Assembly (NCBI GenBank): GCA_963725865.1
Contig: CAVSAC010000014.1
Coordinates: 160,001 to 224,000 of the forward strand
Reading direction: 5' to 3'
DNA: 64,000 nucleotides
DNA from: Candidatus Eiseniibacteriota bacterium
Lineage (GTDB): Bacteria; Eisenbacteria; RBG-16-71-46
The notes under the pieces are model-generated. The model worked only from the letters and a program-made list of their open reading frames with translations, was not told the origin of the DNA and searched no databases. This document shows, in pieces, positions 20,426 through 29,428 of this stretch. Each line of letters starts with the position of its first letter. Position 1 is the first letter of the stretch. Position numbers and translations under genes: made by a program.

Positions 20426-22132
20426 TCACGGCGCGCCGGGCCCGGGCGCGACGCGCGCGTCGCGGCGCAGCTCGGCCAGCAGCCCGCGCAGGGTGTCCTC
20501 GCCGGCGCCGCCGGCCACCACCTCCTCGAGGTACGCGATCGCCTGCGGCCGCAGTCCCGCGGACGCCCACGAGCGTGCCAGCGACAGCTCCGCCGCCAGG
20601 CCGTAGCCGTGGACCTCGACGTGGCCGTTGACCCAGTTGGTGACCAGCAGGTGGCGCGCGAGATCGGGCGTCCAGTGCTCGGTCATCCGCAGCTCCTCGA
20701 CCTGCGGCAGCAGCACGCGGACCGCGCGGCCACTGTCGAGCGCGACGAACAGGAAGTCGTAGCGCTCCCCCGCCAGCCGGCCGTCGCGGACCGCGCGGCC
20801 GGTGGTCGCGCTGATCACCTGTCCGCTCGCGGGCGGCAGCATCCAGGCGATGCGCGCGGGGCGGTCGCCGACCGCGCGGCGCAGGTCCTCGATGGCGTTG
20901 CGCGCGAACACCATCTTGCGCAGTGCGGTGTCGAGCGGCAGGTCCAGCGAGGCGATCCACGCCGCGTGCCGCCGGGTGATCGCCGACTCCGCGTGCACCG
21001 CGTGCGCGAGCAGCAGCACGCCGGCGAGCGCCGGCGCCGCCCAGCGCCGGCGCGGCGCGCGCGACGCGGCGGTCGCGGCCCCGCCCTCGAACGGCAGTAG
21101 TACCAGCGCCGCGAGACCCAACGCGAGGAACGCGAACGGGGCGTACGCGTAGTGCGCGTGCTGCGCGTGGAGAAGCGGCAGCACCGGCGCCAATCCGAGG
21201 ATCCAGCCGGCCAGTCCGATGGCCGGCAGCCGCGTGCGCCGCCAGACGGCGATCGCGGCGATGGTCATGAGCGCCAGTGCTGCCGCGCCGGGGACCGCGC
21301 CGCCGGGGGCGGCTGGGTCCACCACCACCGGCCGAGGGTCGATCACCGCCCCGGTGTAGCGCAGCAGGTGGGTGACGATGTGGAGTCCGAACGCGCGCGC
21401 GTAGGCGGTCCCGCCGAGCGCGGTGCGCGTGGCGCCGCTTACCACCAGCACCGCGCCCCACAGTATTCCGAGCGCCGCCAGCGTGCCCCAGCGCCGCCAC
21501 GCGATCCCCGCGCCCGCCGGGCGCAGCAGCGTGGCGAACGGCAGCAGCGTGATGCTCTCCTTGCTAAGCAGCGCCAGCGCGAACGCGCCCGCCGAGGCGT
21601 CGGCCGCGACGGCATTGCGGCTGCCGATGAGCAGGACGCTGAGGAGCGTGAACCCGAGCGCCAGCACCTCGCCCACCGAGCTGGCGGGATAGACGGCGGT
21701 GAACGCGAGCCGGCTGGTGCCGAACACCCCCGCCGCCAGCATCGCCACCGAGCGCGAGGCGCCGAGCCGGCGCGCGACCGCGAACAGCAGCACGGTGTCG
21801 ATCCCGTGCAGCAGCCACACCACCAGGTGGTAGGGGAACGGCGCGGCGCCGAACAGCCGGCTGGCCGTGGTCCAGTAGGCGGTGCCCGACAGCCAGCGCC
21901 ACGGCGTGGTGAGCCCGGGCGTCAGACCGCGCGCGCGAGCGAGCAGCACGAAGTCATCCGGCGCGAAGAACGCGTCGAGGGCACGCCGGTACACCGTCCA
22001 GGCGAGCGCCAGGCAGACGCCCGCGGCGAGCGCGCTCGCCAGGCTGGGCACCGCGCGGGCGCGCCGCTCCCCTGCGCCTGCACGCACGGAGCGCGGCGGC
22101 GGAGCGGGTCGCGTGCGACGCGCCGGCCGCAC
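20426..22132 (-). CDS. Multi-TM membrane protein, GT-C-like (start uncertain)
   Basis: FFAPDDF acidic loop, [13 protein letters not shown] motifs typical of GT-C/TMTC-like proteins. Confidence 0.6.
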   Translation of the reverse strand: MRPARRTRPAPPPRSVRAGAGERRARAVPSLASALAAGVCLALAWTVYRRALDAFFAPDDFVLLARARGLTPGLTTPWRWLSGTAYWTTASRLFGAAPFPYHLVVWLLHGIDTVLLFAVARRLGASRSVAMLAAGVFGTSRLAFTAVYPASSVGEVLALGFTLLSVLLIGSRNAVAADASAGAFALALLSKESITLLPFATLLRPAGAGIAWRRWGTLAALGILWGAVLVVSGATRTALGGTAYARAFGLHIVTHLLRYTGAVIDPRPVVVDPAAPGGAVPGAAALALMTIAAIAVWRRTRLPAIGLAGWILGLAPVLPLLHAQHAHYAYAPFAFLALGLAALVLLPFEGGAATAASRAPRRRWAAPALAGVLLLAHAVHAESAITRRHAAWIASLDLPLDTALRKMVFARNAIEDLRRAVGDRPARIAWMLPPASGQVISATTGRAVRDGRLAGERYDFLFVALDSGRAVRVLLPQVEELRMTEHWTPDLARHLLVTNWVNGHVEVHGYGLAAELSLARSWASAGLRPQAIAYLEEVVAGGAGEDTLRGLLAELRRDARVAPGPGAP

Positions 22133-22135
22133 GGC

Positions 22136-23744
22136 CTACATCCGGAACACGCCGAACTTCATCGCGGCCACCGGCGCGCCGAGCGTCGAGGCGAGCGCCA
22201 GCGCGAGCACGCTGCGGGTCTCGGCCGGGTCGATCACGCCGTCGTCCCACAGCCGCGCGGTCGAGTAGTACGGGCTGCCCTCGGTCTCGTACTGGTCGAG
22301 GATCGGCTGCTTGAACGCGCGCACCTCGTCGTCGCTCATGCGCCGGCCCTGGCCCTCGAGCTGCGTCTGCTTCACCTGCGCCAGCACCGAGGCCGCCTGC
22401 TCGCCGCCCATCACGCTGATGCGGCTGTTGGGCCACATGAACAGGAAGCGCGGCTGGTAGGCGCGCCCGCACATGCCGTAGTTCCCGGCGCCGAACGAGC
22501 CGCCGATGATGAGCGTGATCTTGGGCACCGGCGCGTTCGCGACCGCGTGCACCATCTTGGCGCCGTCCTTGGCGATCCCGCCGTGCTCGTACTGGCGGCC
22601 GACGATGTAGCCGCTGACGTTCTGCAGGAACAGCAGCGGCACGCCGCGCTGGGACGCCAGCTCGATGAAGTGGGTCGCCTTGAGCGCGCTCTCGCTGAAC
22701 AGCACGCCCTGGTTGGCCAGGATCGCGACCGGGATGCCGTGCAGGTGCGCGAACCCGGTGACCAGCGTGGTGCCGTAGCGCGCCTTGAACTCGTGGAAGC
22801 GCGAGCCGTCCACCAGCCGCGCGATCACCTCGCGCACGTCGTACGGCGTGCGCAGGTCGGGCGGCAGCACGCCGTAGAGCTCGGCCGGGTCGTACGCCGG
22901 CGGCTCGGGCTCGCGCAGCTCGACCGCGGGCCGCGGGCGCGCGCCGAGGTGCGCGACGATCTCGCGCGCCATCTCGAGCGCGTGGCTGTCGTCGTCGGCG
23001 AGATGGTCGGCGACGCCCGAGATGCGCGTGTGCACGTCGCCGCCGCCCAGCTCCTCGGCGCTGACCTCCTCGCCGGTCGCCGCCTTCACGAGCGGCGGCC
23101 CGGCGAGGAAGATGGTGCCCTGGTTCTTGACGATGATGGCCTCGTCGCTCATCGCCGGCACGTAGGCGCCGCCCGCGGTGCACGAGCCCATCACCACCGC
23201 GAGCTGCGGCATGCCCGAGCGCCGACATGCGCGCCTGGTTGTAGAAGATGCGTCCGAAGTGGTCGCGATCGGGGAACACTTCGTCCTGCAGCGGCAGGAA
23301 CGCGCCGCCGGAGTCCACCAGGTAGACGCACGGCAGGCGGTTCTCGAGCGCGATCTCCTGCGCGCGCACGTGCTTCTTCACGGTCATCGGCAGGTAGGTG
23401 CCGCCCTTCACCGTCGCGTCGTTCGCCACCACCATCACCGTGCGCCCGTGCACGGTGCCGACGCCGGTGATCACGCCCGCGCTCGGCGCCTCGTCGCCGT
23501 ACAGGCCGTTCGCGGCCAGCGCCGACAGCTCGAGGAACGCGGTGCCGGGATCGAGCAGGCGCTCGATGCGGTCGCGCACGAACAGCTTGCCGCGCGAGCG
23601 GTGGCGCACGACCTGGTCCTCGCCGCCGCCGCGCTTGGCCGCCTCGAGGCGCAGGCGCAAGTCGGCCGCGAGCGCGCGGTGGTGCGCGGCGTTGGCCTTG
23701 AACTCCTCGCTGTGGACGTCGAGGTGCGACTCGAGGATCTCCAT
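22136..23744 (-). CDS. Methylcrotonyl-CoA carboxylase carboxyltransferase (beta) subunit; frameshift at ~23215 (probable indel)
   Basis: [33 protein letters not shown] then [34 protein letters not shown]; removing one base joins the two frames. Confidence 0.92.
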
Positions 23745-23785
23745 CGGGGCTCCCGGTGTGGGTGGAAGACGCGGGAGGTATAGCA

Positions 23786-23819
23786 GAGGCCCCCGGCCGT
23801 TCCAATGGCCGGGGGCCTC
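23786..23819. terminator. Strong hairpin after the DinB-family gene
   Basis: GAGGCCCCCGGCC-N8-GGCCGGGGGCCTC, 13 bp stem. Confidence 0.55.
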
Positions 23820-23846
23820 GCGATCCGACTGCCGACTGCGGCCGGC

Positions 23847-24377
23847 TCAGCCCTGGGCGCGCTTGGCGGCCATCGCCGCGCGCATGGCCGCCAGCTCCTC
23901 GCGGTTCGGCCCGTACAGCCCCGGCGGCGTGCCGCCGGCGAGCCGGCAGAGCAGCACCAGCTGTCCGAGGTGGTGGATCGAGTGCTCGAGCATGGCGCCC
24001 CACAGGATCTGGCGGATCGCCATCGGGCGCTCGCCGAAGAAGAACACCTCGCGGTCGAGATCGGCGTTCTTGAGCGGTCGCACGCGTGCGAGCGCGTCCT
24101 GGCGGATGCGCTCGAAGCCCGGCGCGAGCGCCTCGACGGTGCGCGGGCGCTCGAGGTTCGGGATCTTCTCGCTACCGTCGACGCGCCCGGCCTCGACCGC
24201 GCGCGTGGCGTACGCGTCGACCTCGGCGAGGTGCCACGCCACCTCGCCGAGCGAGCGGCCGCCCGGGTCGGGCCGGAAGTCGTAGCCGCCGGCCGGCAGG
24301 CTGCGCATCGTGGCGATCACGTTCTTCGCCTGGCGCTCCCAGGCCTGGTTGAACGCCTGCAGCTCATCGTTCCACAT
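23847..24377 (-). CDS. DinB family protein
   Basis: DFRP..RSLGEVAWHL; EHSIHHLGQL; GGAGGAGG RBS. Confidence 0.88.
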   Translation of the reverse strand: MWNDELQAFNQAWERQAKNVIATMRSLPAGGYDFRPDPGGRSLGEVAWHLAEVDAYATRAVEAGRVDGSEKIPNLERPRTVEALAPGFERIRQDALARVRPLKNADLDREVFFFGERPMAIRQILWGAMLEHSIHHLGQLVLLCRLAGGTPPGLYGPNREELAAMRAAMAAKRAQG

Positions 24378-24418
24378 CGATCCTCCTCCGCGTCGTACGC
24401 GTCTCGGCACCGGCGCCG

Positions 24419-24447
24419 AGACTAACGGCGCGGCGCGGCGGATGGAA
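24419..24447 (-). promoter_or_regulatory. Putative sigma70-type promoter of the DinB-family gene
   Basis: TTCCAT-N17-TAGTCT; 14 bp identical to the promoter at 60551. Confidence 0.45.
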
Positions 24448-24499
24448 GGGGCAAGCCGGCCGGGCAGTGGATCGGCTCAGGCCGCGGTGGTGTCACGGT

Positions 24500-24626
24500 T
24501 CATCGGTAGTGCTCCAGGTAGTAGAGGGCTCCGAAGGCGAGCTGGAAGATGTGAGCGGCCGTGCCCTCGTCCGGTTGGGGCGGCTGAAAGTATCCGCTGA
24601 TCACCGTGACCAGTGCCGTCAGCGAC
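24500..24626 (-). pseudogene. Remnant of a small membrane protein
   Basis: Reads SLTALVTVISGYFQPPQPDEGTAAHIFQLAFGALYYLEHYR*; protein-like but no convincing start, upstream in-frame stop at 24641. Confidence 0.5.
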
Positions 24627-24666
24627 GGCGGGGCGCCTCGTCACGCCGCCCCGCCGCGCGATCCGC

Positions 24667-25920
24667 TCAGGCGCGCGTAGGGGCCGCCGCCGTCACGCCG
24701 CGCTCCCAGTCCATGCGCCCGGTGTACTGCATCATCACGAACAGCGTGAGGACGGCGCCGATCGTGATCGCGAGCCCGGTGTAGCCCTCCCAGAAGAAGC
24801 TCACCGAGAACAGCACCAGGAACACCAGCTGCGCCAGGCCGAGCACCCTCAGCGCGAAGCCCCAGCCGGTGAACAGCCGCGCGTAGCTCACCACCAGCGC
24901 GATCGAGGTCGCCGCGGCGAGCACGAACGACGGCACGATCGCCACGTGGTCCACGAGGTAGGCGAACAGCAGGTGGAATGCGAAGAACGCGCAGCCGATG
25001 AAGAAGTAGTGCATCAGGTGGAGCGCCTGCCGGGTCGTGTGGCTCACGATGCCGACCACGAAGAAGAAGAACAGCAGCCCGACCGGCGCGAAAAACGTGA
25101 TGCGCGCGGCCAGCGGCCCGGGATTCATGCGGTTCGGCAGCAGCAGCCCGATCGGAGCACTCGCCACCAGCCGCTCGAAGCGCCAGGTGCCGCGCCAGTG
25201 CTGCCCGCTCCGCGCCTGCGTCGAGGGCGCGATCGAGCCCGGCGCGAAGTCGACGTTCGCCACGTCGGTGTCGAGCGTGAGCGTGAAGTCCCGCACCTCG
25301 CCGGCGCCGTCGGTCGGGCGGTAGCTCCAGCTCGAGGTGCCGCGCGAGCGGTAGCGCACTTCGAACGTGCGGCGCTCGTGCGGCTCGAAGCGGGCCGTCC
25401 AGCGCGCCTGGTCGCCGCCGATCGTCGCGGCCAGCCGCTCGCCGCGCGAGTCGCGCACGTCGAAGCCGTCGTAGATCGTGCTCTCGCCCGCCAGCGGGAA
25501 GCGCAGCGTGAGGTCGCGGGCCTCCGCGGTCGGGTTGGTGAACGCGTACTGCCCGACGAACTCCACCGCGTACGTCGGGAACCACAGCAGGCCCTTGCGC
25601 CGGTGCGTGAGGTCGAGCTTCACGGCGAGCGCGGAGCGGTCGAGCGGCACCTCCACGGGGCAGGGCTCCATGCGCACCTCGTCGACGGTCACGCGCTGGC
25701 CGGGCGCGACCTCGCGCACGGTCTGCACCGTGCGCGGCTGCGGCACATCGTAGCTCGCGGCGGGCCGGCCCTGCTCCATGGGCTTGCCCCACAGCAGGTG
25801 TACCTCGCGCTCGAGCGCGCCGGACATCTGGCCGGTGCGCGCCACCAGGGAGCTGCCCAGCACGGTCCAGGCGAAGGTGCAGCCGAGCCACACCAGGAGG
25901 AGCTGCGGGAAGCGTTTCAT
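24667..25920 (-). CDS. CreD-like inner membrane protein
   Basis: N-terminal TM, periplasmic domain (RKGLLWF), C-terminal TM block HLMHYF..FHLLFAYL..MQYTGRMDW. Confidence 0.75.
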   Translation of the reverse strand: MKRFPQLLLVWLGCTFAWTVLGSSLVARTGQMSGALEREVHLLWGKPMEQGRPAASYDVPQPRTVQTVREVAPGQRVTVDEVRMEPCPVEVPLDRSALAVKLDLTHRRKGLLWFPTYAVEFVGQYAFTNPTAEARDLTLRFPLAGESTIYDGFDVRDSRGERLAATIGGDQARWTARFEPHERRTFEVRYRSRGTSSWSYRPTDGAGEVRDFTLTLDTDVANVDFAPGSIAPSTQARSGQHWRGTWRFERLVASAPIGLLLPNRMNPGPLAARITFFAPVGLLFFFFVVGIVSHTTRQALHLMHYFFIGCAFFAFHLLFAYLVDHVAIVPSFVLAAATSIALVVSYARLFTGWGFALRVLGLAQLVFLVLFSVSFFWEGYTGLAITIGAVLTLFVMMQYTGRMDWERGVTAAAPTRA

Positions 25921-25999
25921 CGGTACTCCATCGGGTCGTGGAGTGCTCGCGGTGTGCGCGACCCGGCGCGCCACCGCGCGGCAAGGGAGTGGGGACGGG

Positions 26000-26737
26000 T
26001 CAGGCGGAGGCGGCGACGCCGTCGCCGTCGCCGAGGCCTCCGAAGCGGCGCTCGCGGCGGCGGAAGTCGGCGAGGGCGGCCGTCAGCTGGGGCTCGTCGA
26101 AGTCGGGCCACAGCACGGGCGTGAACCACAGCTCGGCATAGGCGCACTCCCAGAGCAGGAAGTCGCTCAGGCGCTGCTCGCCCGCGGTGCGGATCAGCAG
26201 ATCCACGTCGCGCGCGGCAGCCGCGTGGGTGGCGGAGGCGAGCGCGGCAGCGAAGCGCTCGCGCGTGACCGGCTCGGGCCCGGCGCAGCCCGCGGCCGCG
26301 CGCGCGATCGCCTCGCGCGCCGAGTAGTCGATCGCCACCCGCAGGTCGAGCCGCGTGCCGCCCGCGGTCGCCTGCTCGGCGCCCGCGATCGCCTCGCGCA
26401 GCGGCAGCGCGATGCGGTCGCGGCGGCCGAGCACCTGCAGCCGCACGCCCTCGCGCACGCAGGCCGCCGTCTCGAGCGCCAGGTACTCGCGGAACAGCAC
26501 CATGAGCGCGCGCACCTCGGGCTCGGGCCGCCGCCAGTTGTCCGCCGAGAACGCGTACAGGGTGAGCGCGTCGATGCCGAGCGCGGGCGCCGCGCGGACG
26601 ACGCGGCGGACCGCCGCGAGGCCGGCGCGGTGGCCGATCGCGCGCGGCAGTCCGCGCCGGGTGGCCCAACGGCCGTTGCCGTCCATGATGATGCCGACGT
26701 GCATCCCTGCGCACGATGGGGAGGCGGGGTGCGACAT
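26000..26737 (-). CDS. uppS: Polyprenyl (undecaprenyl) diphosphate synthase
   Basis: HVGIIMDGNGRWA, YAFSADNWRRP..EV, DLLIRTAGEQRLSDFLLWE, LWPDF, RERRFGG. Confidence 0.93.
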   Translation of the reverse strand: MSHPASPSCAGMHVGIIMDGNGRWATRRGLPRAIGHRAGLAAVRRVVRAAPALGIDALTLYAFSADNWRRPEPEVRALMVLFREYLALETAACVREGVRLQVLGRRDRIALPLREAIAGAEQATAGGTRLDLRVAIDYSAREAIARAAAGCAGPEPVTRERFAAALASATHAAAARDVDLLIRTAGEQRLSDFLLWECAYAELWFTPVLWPDFDEPQLTAALADFRRRERRFGGLGDGDGVAASA

Positions 26738-26760
26738 GATGGACGGTCCCTCCGTTGGGG

Positions 26761-27384
26761 TCAGACGCCCTGCAGGGCGAAGAACGTCTTCTTGTGGAAC
26801 AGGCTGGCCTCGCTGCCGATCGTCACGAAGCCGGGCTCGACGAGGTCGTCGACCAGCAGGCGCAGCCCGGTCGCGTCCGGATCGGGCCGGAAGCGCAGCG
26901 TCGCCTCGTACGCGGTGCCGGGCGCCAGCCGCCGAGCGAACGGCGGGAAGCGGTCGTCCGCGCCGGGCACCCCGGCGCTCGACCACTCCGGCGTGTAGCG
27001 GCGGCCGCGCGCGTCGAACAGCGCGGCCCGGAACGTGCGCGGGTCCTGGATCGCGCGGAGCGCGTCGCTGCGCAGCTGCAGGGTGACGAGCAGCGCGCCG
27101 TCGGGCTGGCGCGCCACCGGACCCGCGACGCGGAAGTGCAGGTGCGGATCGAATCCCTCGATGGACTTCTCTTCGCCCGGCGGCAGCACGCGCTCGCGGC
27201 TCGCGAGCGCCACGCCGATCAGACTCACGGCGTAGAGCACGACCACGGCACCGGTGCCGGCCGCGGCGATGCGCGCCAAGCCGAATCTTCGTGTGGCCAG
27301 CGAGAGGATCGTGAGCGTGAAGCCGAGTGCGGTGGTGAGCACCGCGCCGACGAGCAGCAGATCGCCGAGACCGGACTGCAGCAT
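26761..27384 (-). CDS. Membrane-anchored hypothetical protein
   Basis: Two N-terminal TM segments plus an Ig-like soluble domain; first gene after the operator at 27432. Confidence 0.65.
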   Translation of the reverse strand: MLQSGLGDLLLVGAVLTTALGFTLTILSLATRRFGLARIAAAGTGAVVVLYAVSLIGVALASRERVLPPGEEKSIEGFDPHLHFRVAGPVARQPDGALLVTLQLRSDALRAIQDPRTFRAALFDARGRRYTPEWSSAGVPGADDRFPPFARRLAPGTAYEATLRFRPDPDATGLRLLVDDLVEPGFVTIGSEASLFHKKTFFALQGV

Positions 27385-27431
27385 GATCGAGATCCTCCGG
27401 TGCGGGTGCGGCACCCGCAGATAGTGAAGTG

Positions 27432-27446
27432 CTTTGTATTGCAGAG
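27432..27446. promoter_or_regulatory. Imperfect palindromic operator 1
   Basis: CTTTGTATTGCAGAG, AT-rich island in GC-rich DNA; similar to 28536-28550. Confidence 0.6.
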
Positions 27447-27505
27447 TGACTGGGCAAGCCGAGTGTCGTTCGCGCGCGACGCGGGACCGCTCGCCCGCGC
27501 GGCGC

Positions 27506-27886
27506 TCACTTCGCGCGGGCGGCGCGGATCAGGGCCTCCATGTGGTCGAGATAGCGGTGCAGCGCGCGCCGGCCGGCCTCGGTGAGGCGGTACTCGGTGC
27601 GCGGCACGCGGCCGTCGAAGGACTTCGAGCAGGCGACGTAGCCGGCCTCTTCCAGCCTGCGGGCGTGCACGCTGAGGTTGCCGTCGGTGGTCTTCAGGGC
27701 GAGCCGCAGCTCCACGAACGTGAGCGTGGCCCGGGTCGCGAGCGCGCTCACGATGCCGAGCCGCAGGCGCTCGTGGATCAGGCGGTCGAGCTCCATCGTG
27801 CCCTCGGCGCCGCCCTCGACGGCGGCGAGGCGGGTTGCGCGCGGGCGGCGCGCGCGGCTCGTGCGGGCTGCCGCGCTCCTAGCCAC
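27506..27886 (-). CDS. Winged-helix transcriptional regulator (HTH_34, MarR/ArsR-like)
   Basis: LDRLIHERLRLGIVSAL, TDGNLSVHARRLEEAGYV, PRTEYRLT; GTG start overlaps the upstream stop. Confidence 0.9.
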   Translation of the reverse strand: MARSAAARTSRARRPRATRLAAVEGGAEGTMELDRLIHERLRLGIVSALATRATLTFVELRLALKTTDGNLSVHARRLEEAGYVACSKSFDGRVPRTEYRLTEAGRRALHRYLDHMEALIRAARAK

Positions 27887-28493
27887 CGTGCCTCCGCCAC
27901 ACCACGAGGCCGAAGCCGACGTGGAGCGCACCGAACGTCAGCGCCATCGCGAGGTCGCTCCACGCGGGTGGCTCGAACAGCGCGGCCAGTCCGGCGAGCG
28001 CGAAGCAGCCGCCCATCACCGGGATCGCGCGCACCGAGAACGTGCCGCCGGCCAGCGCGGCCACGCCGTAGAGCAGCATCCAGAGCCCCGGCAGCAGGTC
28101 GAAGCGCTCGGCGCGCACCAGCGCGAGCGTGATCGCGACCGCCGCCAGCACCGGCGGCAGGAACGCGAGCGCGAAGCGGCGTCCCGAGCCCACGAGCAGC
28201 GGCGATTCCGCGGCGCGCGCCTTGAGCGCCATCGCCGCCAGACCCACGCCCGCGGCGAGCGCTCCGGCGCCCAGCCAGGTCGTGAGCCAGGCGCGCGGCG
28301 CGTCCTGGCGGGCCGCCACCAGCGCCGCCGCGATGCCGATCGCGCCCATCGCCACCATGCCGCGGCCCGGCACCGCGGTGAACGCGGTCGAGGCCTCCAT
28401 GGTGGAGCGGATGAACCGCAGGCTCTCGAGCGCCTGGTCGTGCAACGGCGCGGGCGGTTCGAGCGGCGGGCGCGTGGGGCGGGGCGCGGACAT
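27879..28493 (-). CDS. Integral membrane protein coupled to the wHTH regulator
   Basis: LRFIRSTME..FTAVPG, WMLLYG, FGALHVGFG; about 6-7 TM segments. Confidence 0.8.
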   Translation of the reverse strand: MSAPRPTRPPLEPPAPLHDQALESLRFIRSTMEASTAFTAVPGRGMVAMGAIGIAAALVAARQDAPRAWLTTWLGAGALAAGVGLAAMALKARAAESPLLVGSGRRFALAFLPPVLAAVAITLALVRAERFDLLPGLWMLLYGVAALAGGTFSVRAIPVMGGCFALAGLAALFEPPAWSDLAMALTFGALHVGFGLVVWRRHGG

Positions 28494-28535
28494 GGCGAAG
28501 AGGACGATAGCCGGGGGACGAGGCGTCGTCAAGGA

Positions 28536-28550
28536 CTTTTTCGCACAAAG
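28536..28550. promoter_or_regulatory. Imperfect palindromic operator 2 (possible autoregulatory site)
   Basis: CTTTTTCGCACAAAG upstream of the membrane protein-regulator pair, beside TTGACG...TATCGT on the minus strand. Confidence 0.55.
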
Positions 28551-28593
28551 CAGATGCGGCGTGCCGCCGCGCCCCGCCCGCGGGCGGCGTCGG

Positions 28594-29427
28594 TCAGTGC
28601 GCGGCGCGACTCACGGTCACGTCGCCGTTGACGGTCGACAGCCGCAGCGTGCCTCCGCCCCCGCCGATCGAGCCGCTCATCGAATGCTGGCCGAGCGTGC
28701 CCTGGACGGTGACCGGGAAGTCGCTGTCGATGGAGCCGTTCATGGTGTGGGCGTCGAGGGTCGCATGCAGATCGGCCGGCAGCTCGACCTTCACGGCGCC
28801 GTTGACGCTCTTGAACTGCAGCACGCCCTCCCACCGCGCGCTCCCGACCCGCGCGGTCACGGAGCCGTTGACGCTCGACGCCTCGGCGTCGCCCCGGGTC
28901 GAGAGCTCGACCGAGCCGTTCACCGACTCCGCCTCGACGCGGCTGTCGAGATCGAGCACCTCGACGTCGCCGTTCACGGTGCTCGCCACCAACTTCACTC
29001 CCGCCGGCACCTTCACCGTGAAGTCCACCACCACGTCGTCCCGGTCGTCATCGGAGTCGTGGTGGGTGTGGCGATGACCGCAGGACGTCATCCCGGGGTA
29101 CATGGCGCACACCGACACTCCGTCGGGTCCGGGGGTGACTTCGATGCGTACCGACGCCGGGTCGCCGCGCCGGGCGGTCTTGACCGCCCGCAGCTCGACC
29201 TGGCCGCCGCTCGCGCGCTCGGCGTGGATGCCGCCGTTGATGCCCGTGATCTCGAGCGTCTTGCCGCGCTCGATCGTGCCCGACCACGTGAAGTCCTCGC
29301 TCGCGCCGCCGCGCGCGCCCGCCGACTTCGCGGCCGCCTGCCCCGCGCCGGCCGCGATCGTGGCCGCGATCAGGACCACCCCCAGCCACCGGCTCCACGT
29401 CCGCGACTGCATTCGTTCGATGCGCAT
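28594..29427 (-). CDS. DUF4097 family beta-strand repeat exported protein
   Basis: Signal peptide; repeated STVNG/SVNG/TMNG units. Confidence 0.85.
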   Translation of the reverse strand: MRIERMQSRTWSRWLGVVLIAATIAAGAGQAAAKSAGARGGASEDFTWSGTIERGKTLEITGINGGIHAERASGGQVELRAVKTARRGDPASVRIEVTPGPDGVSVCAMYPGMTSCGHRHTHHDSDDDRDDVVVDFTVKVPAGVKLVASTVNGDVEVLDLDSRVEAESVNGSVELSTRGDAEASSVNGSVTARVGSARWEGVLQFKSVNGAVKVELPADLHATLDAHTMNGSIDSDFPVTVQGTLGQHSMSGSIGGGGGTLRLSTVNGDVTVSRAAH

Positions 29428-29428
29428 C

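Noticed and set aside
24490..24612. Long imperfect hairpin (GTCACGGT...ACCGTGAC, GAGGGC/GCCCTC) resembling 6S or SRP RNA
   Set aside because: Lacks the SRP domain IV motif, is short for 6S, and the opposite strand reads as a protein remnant
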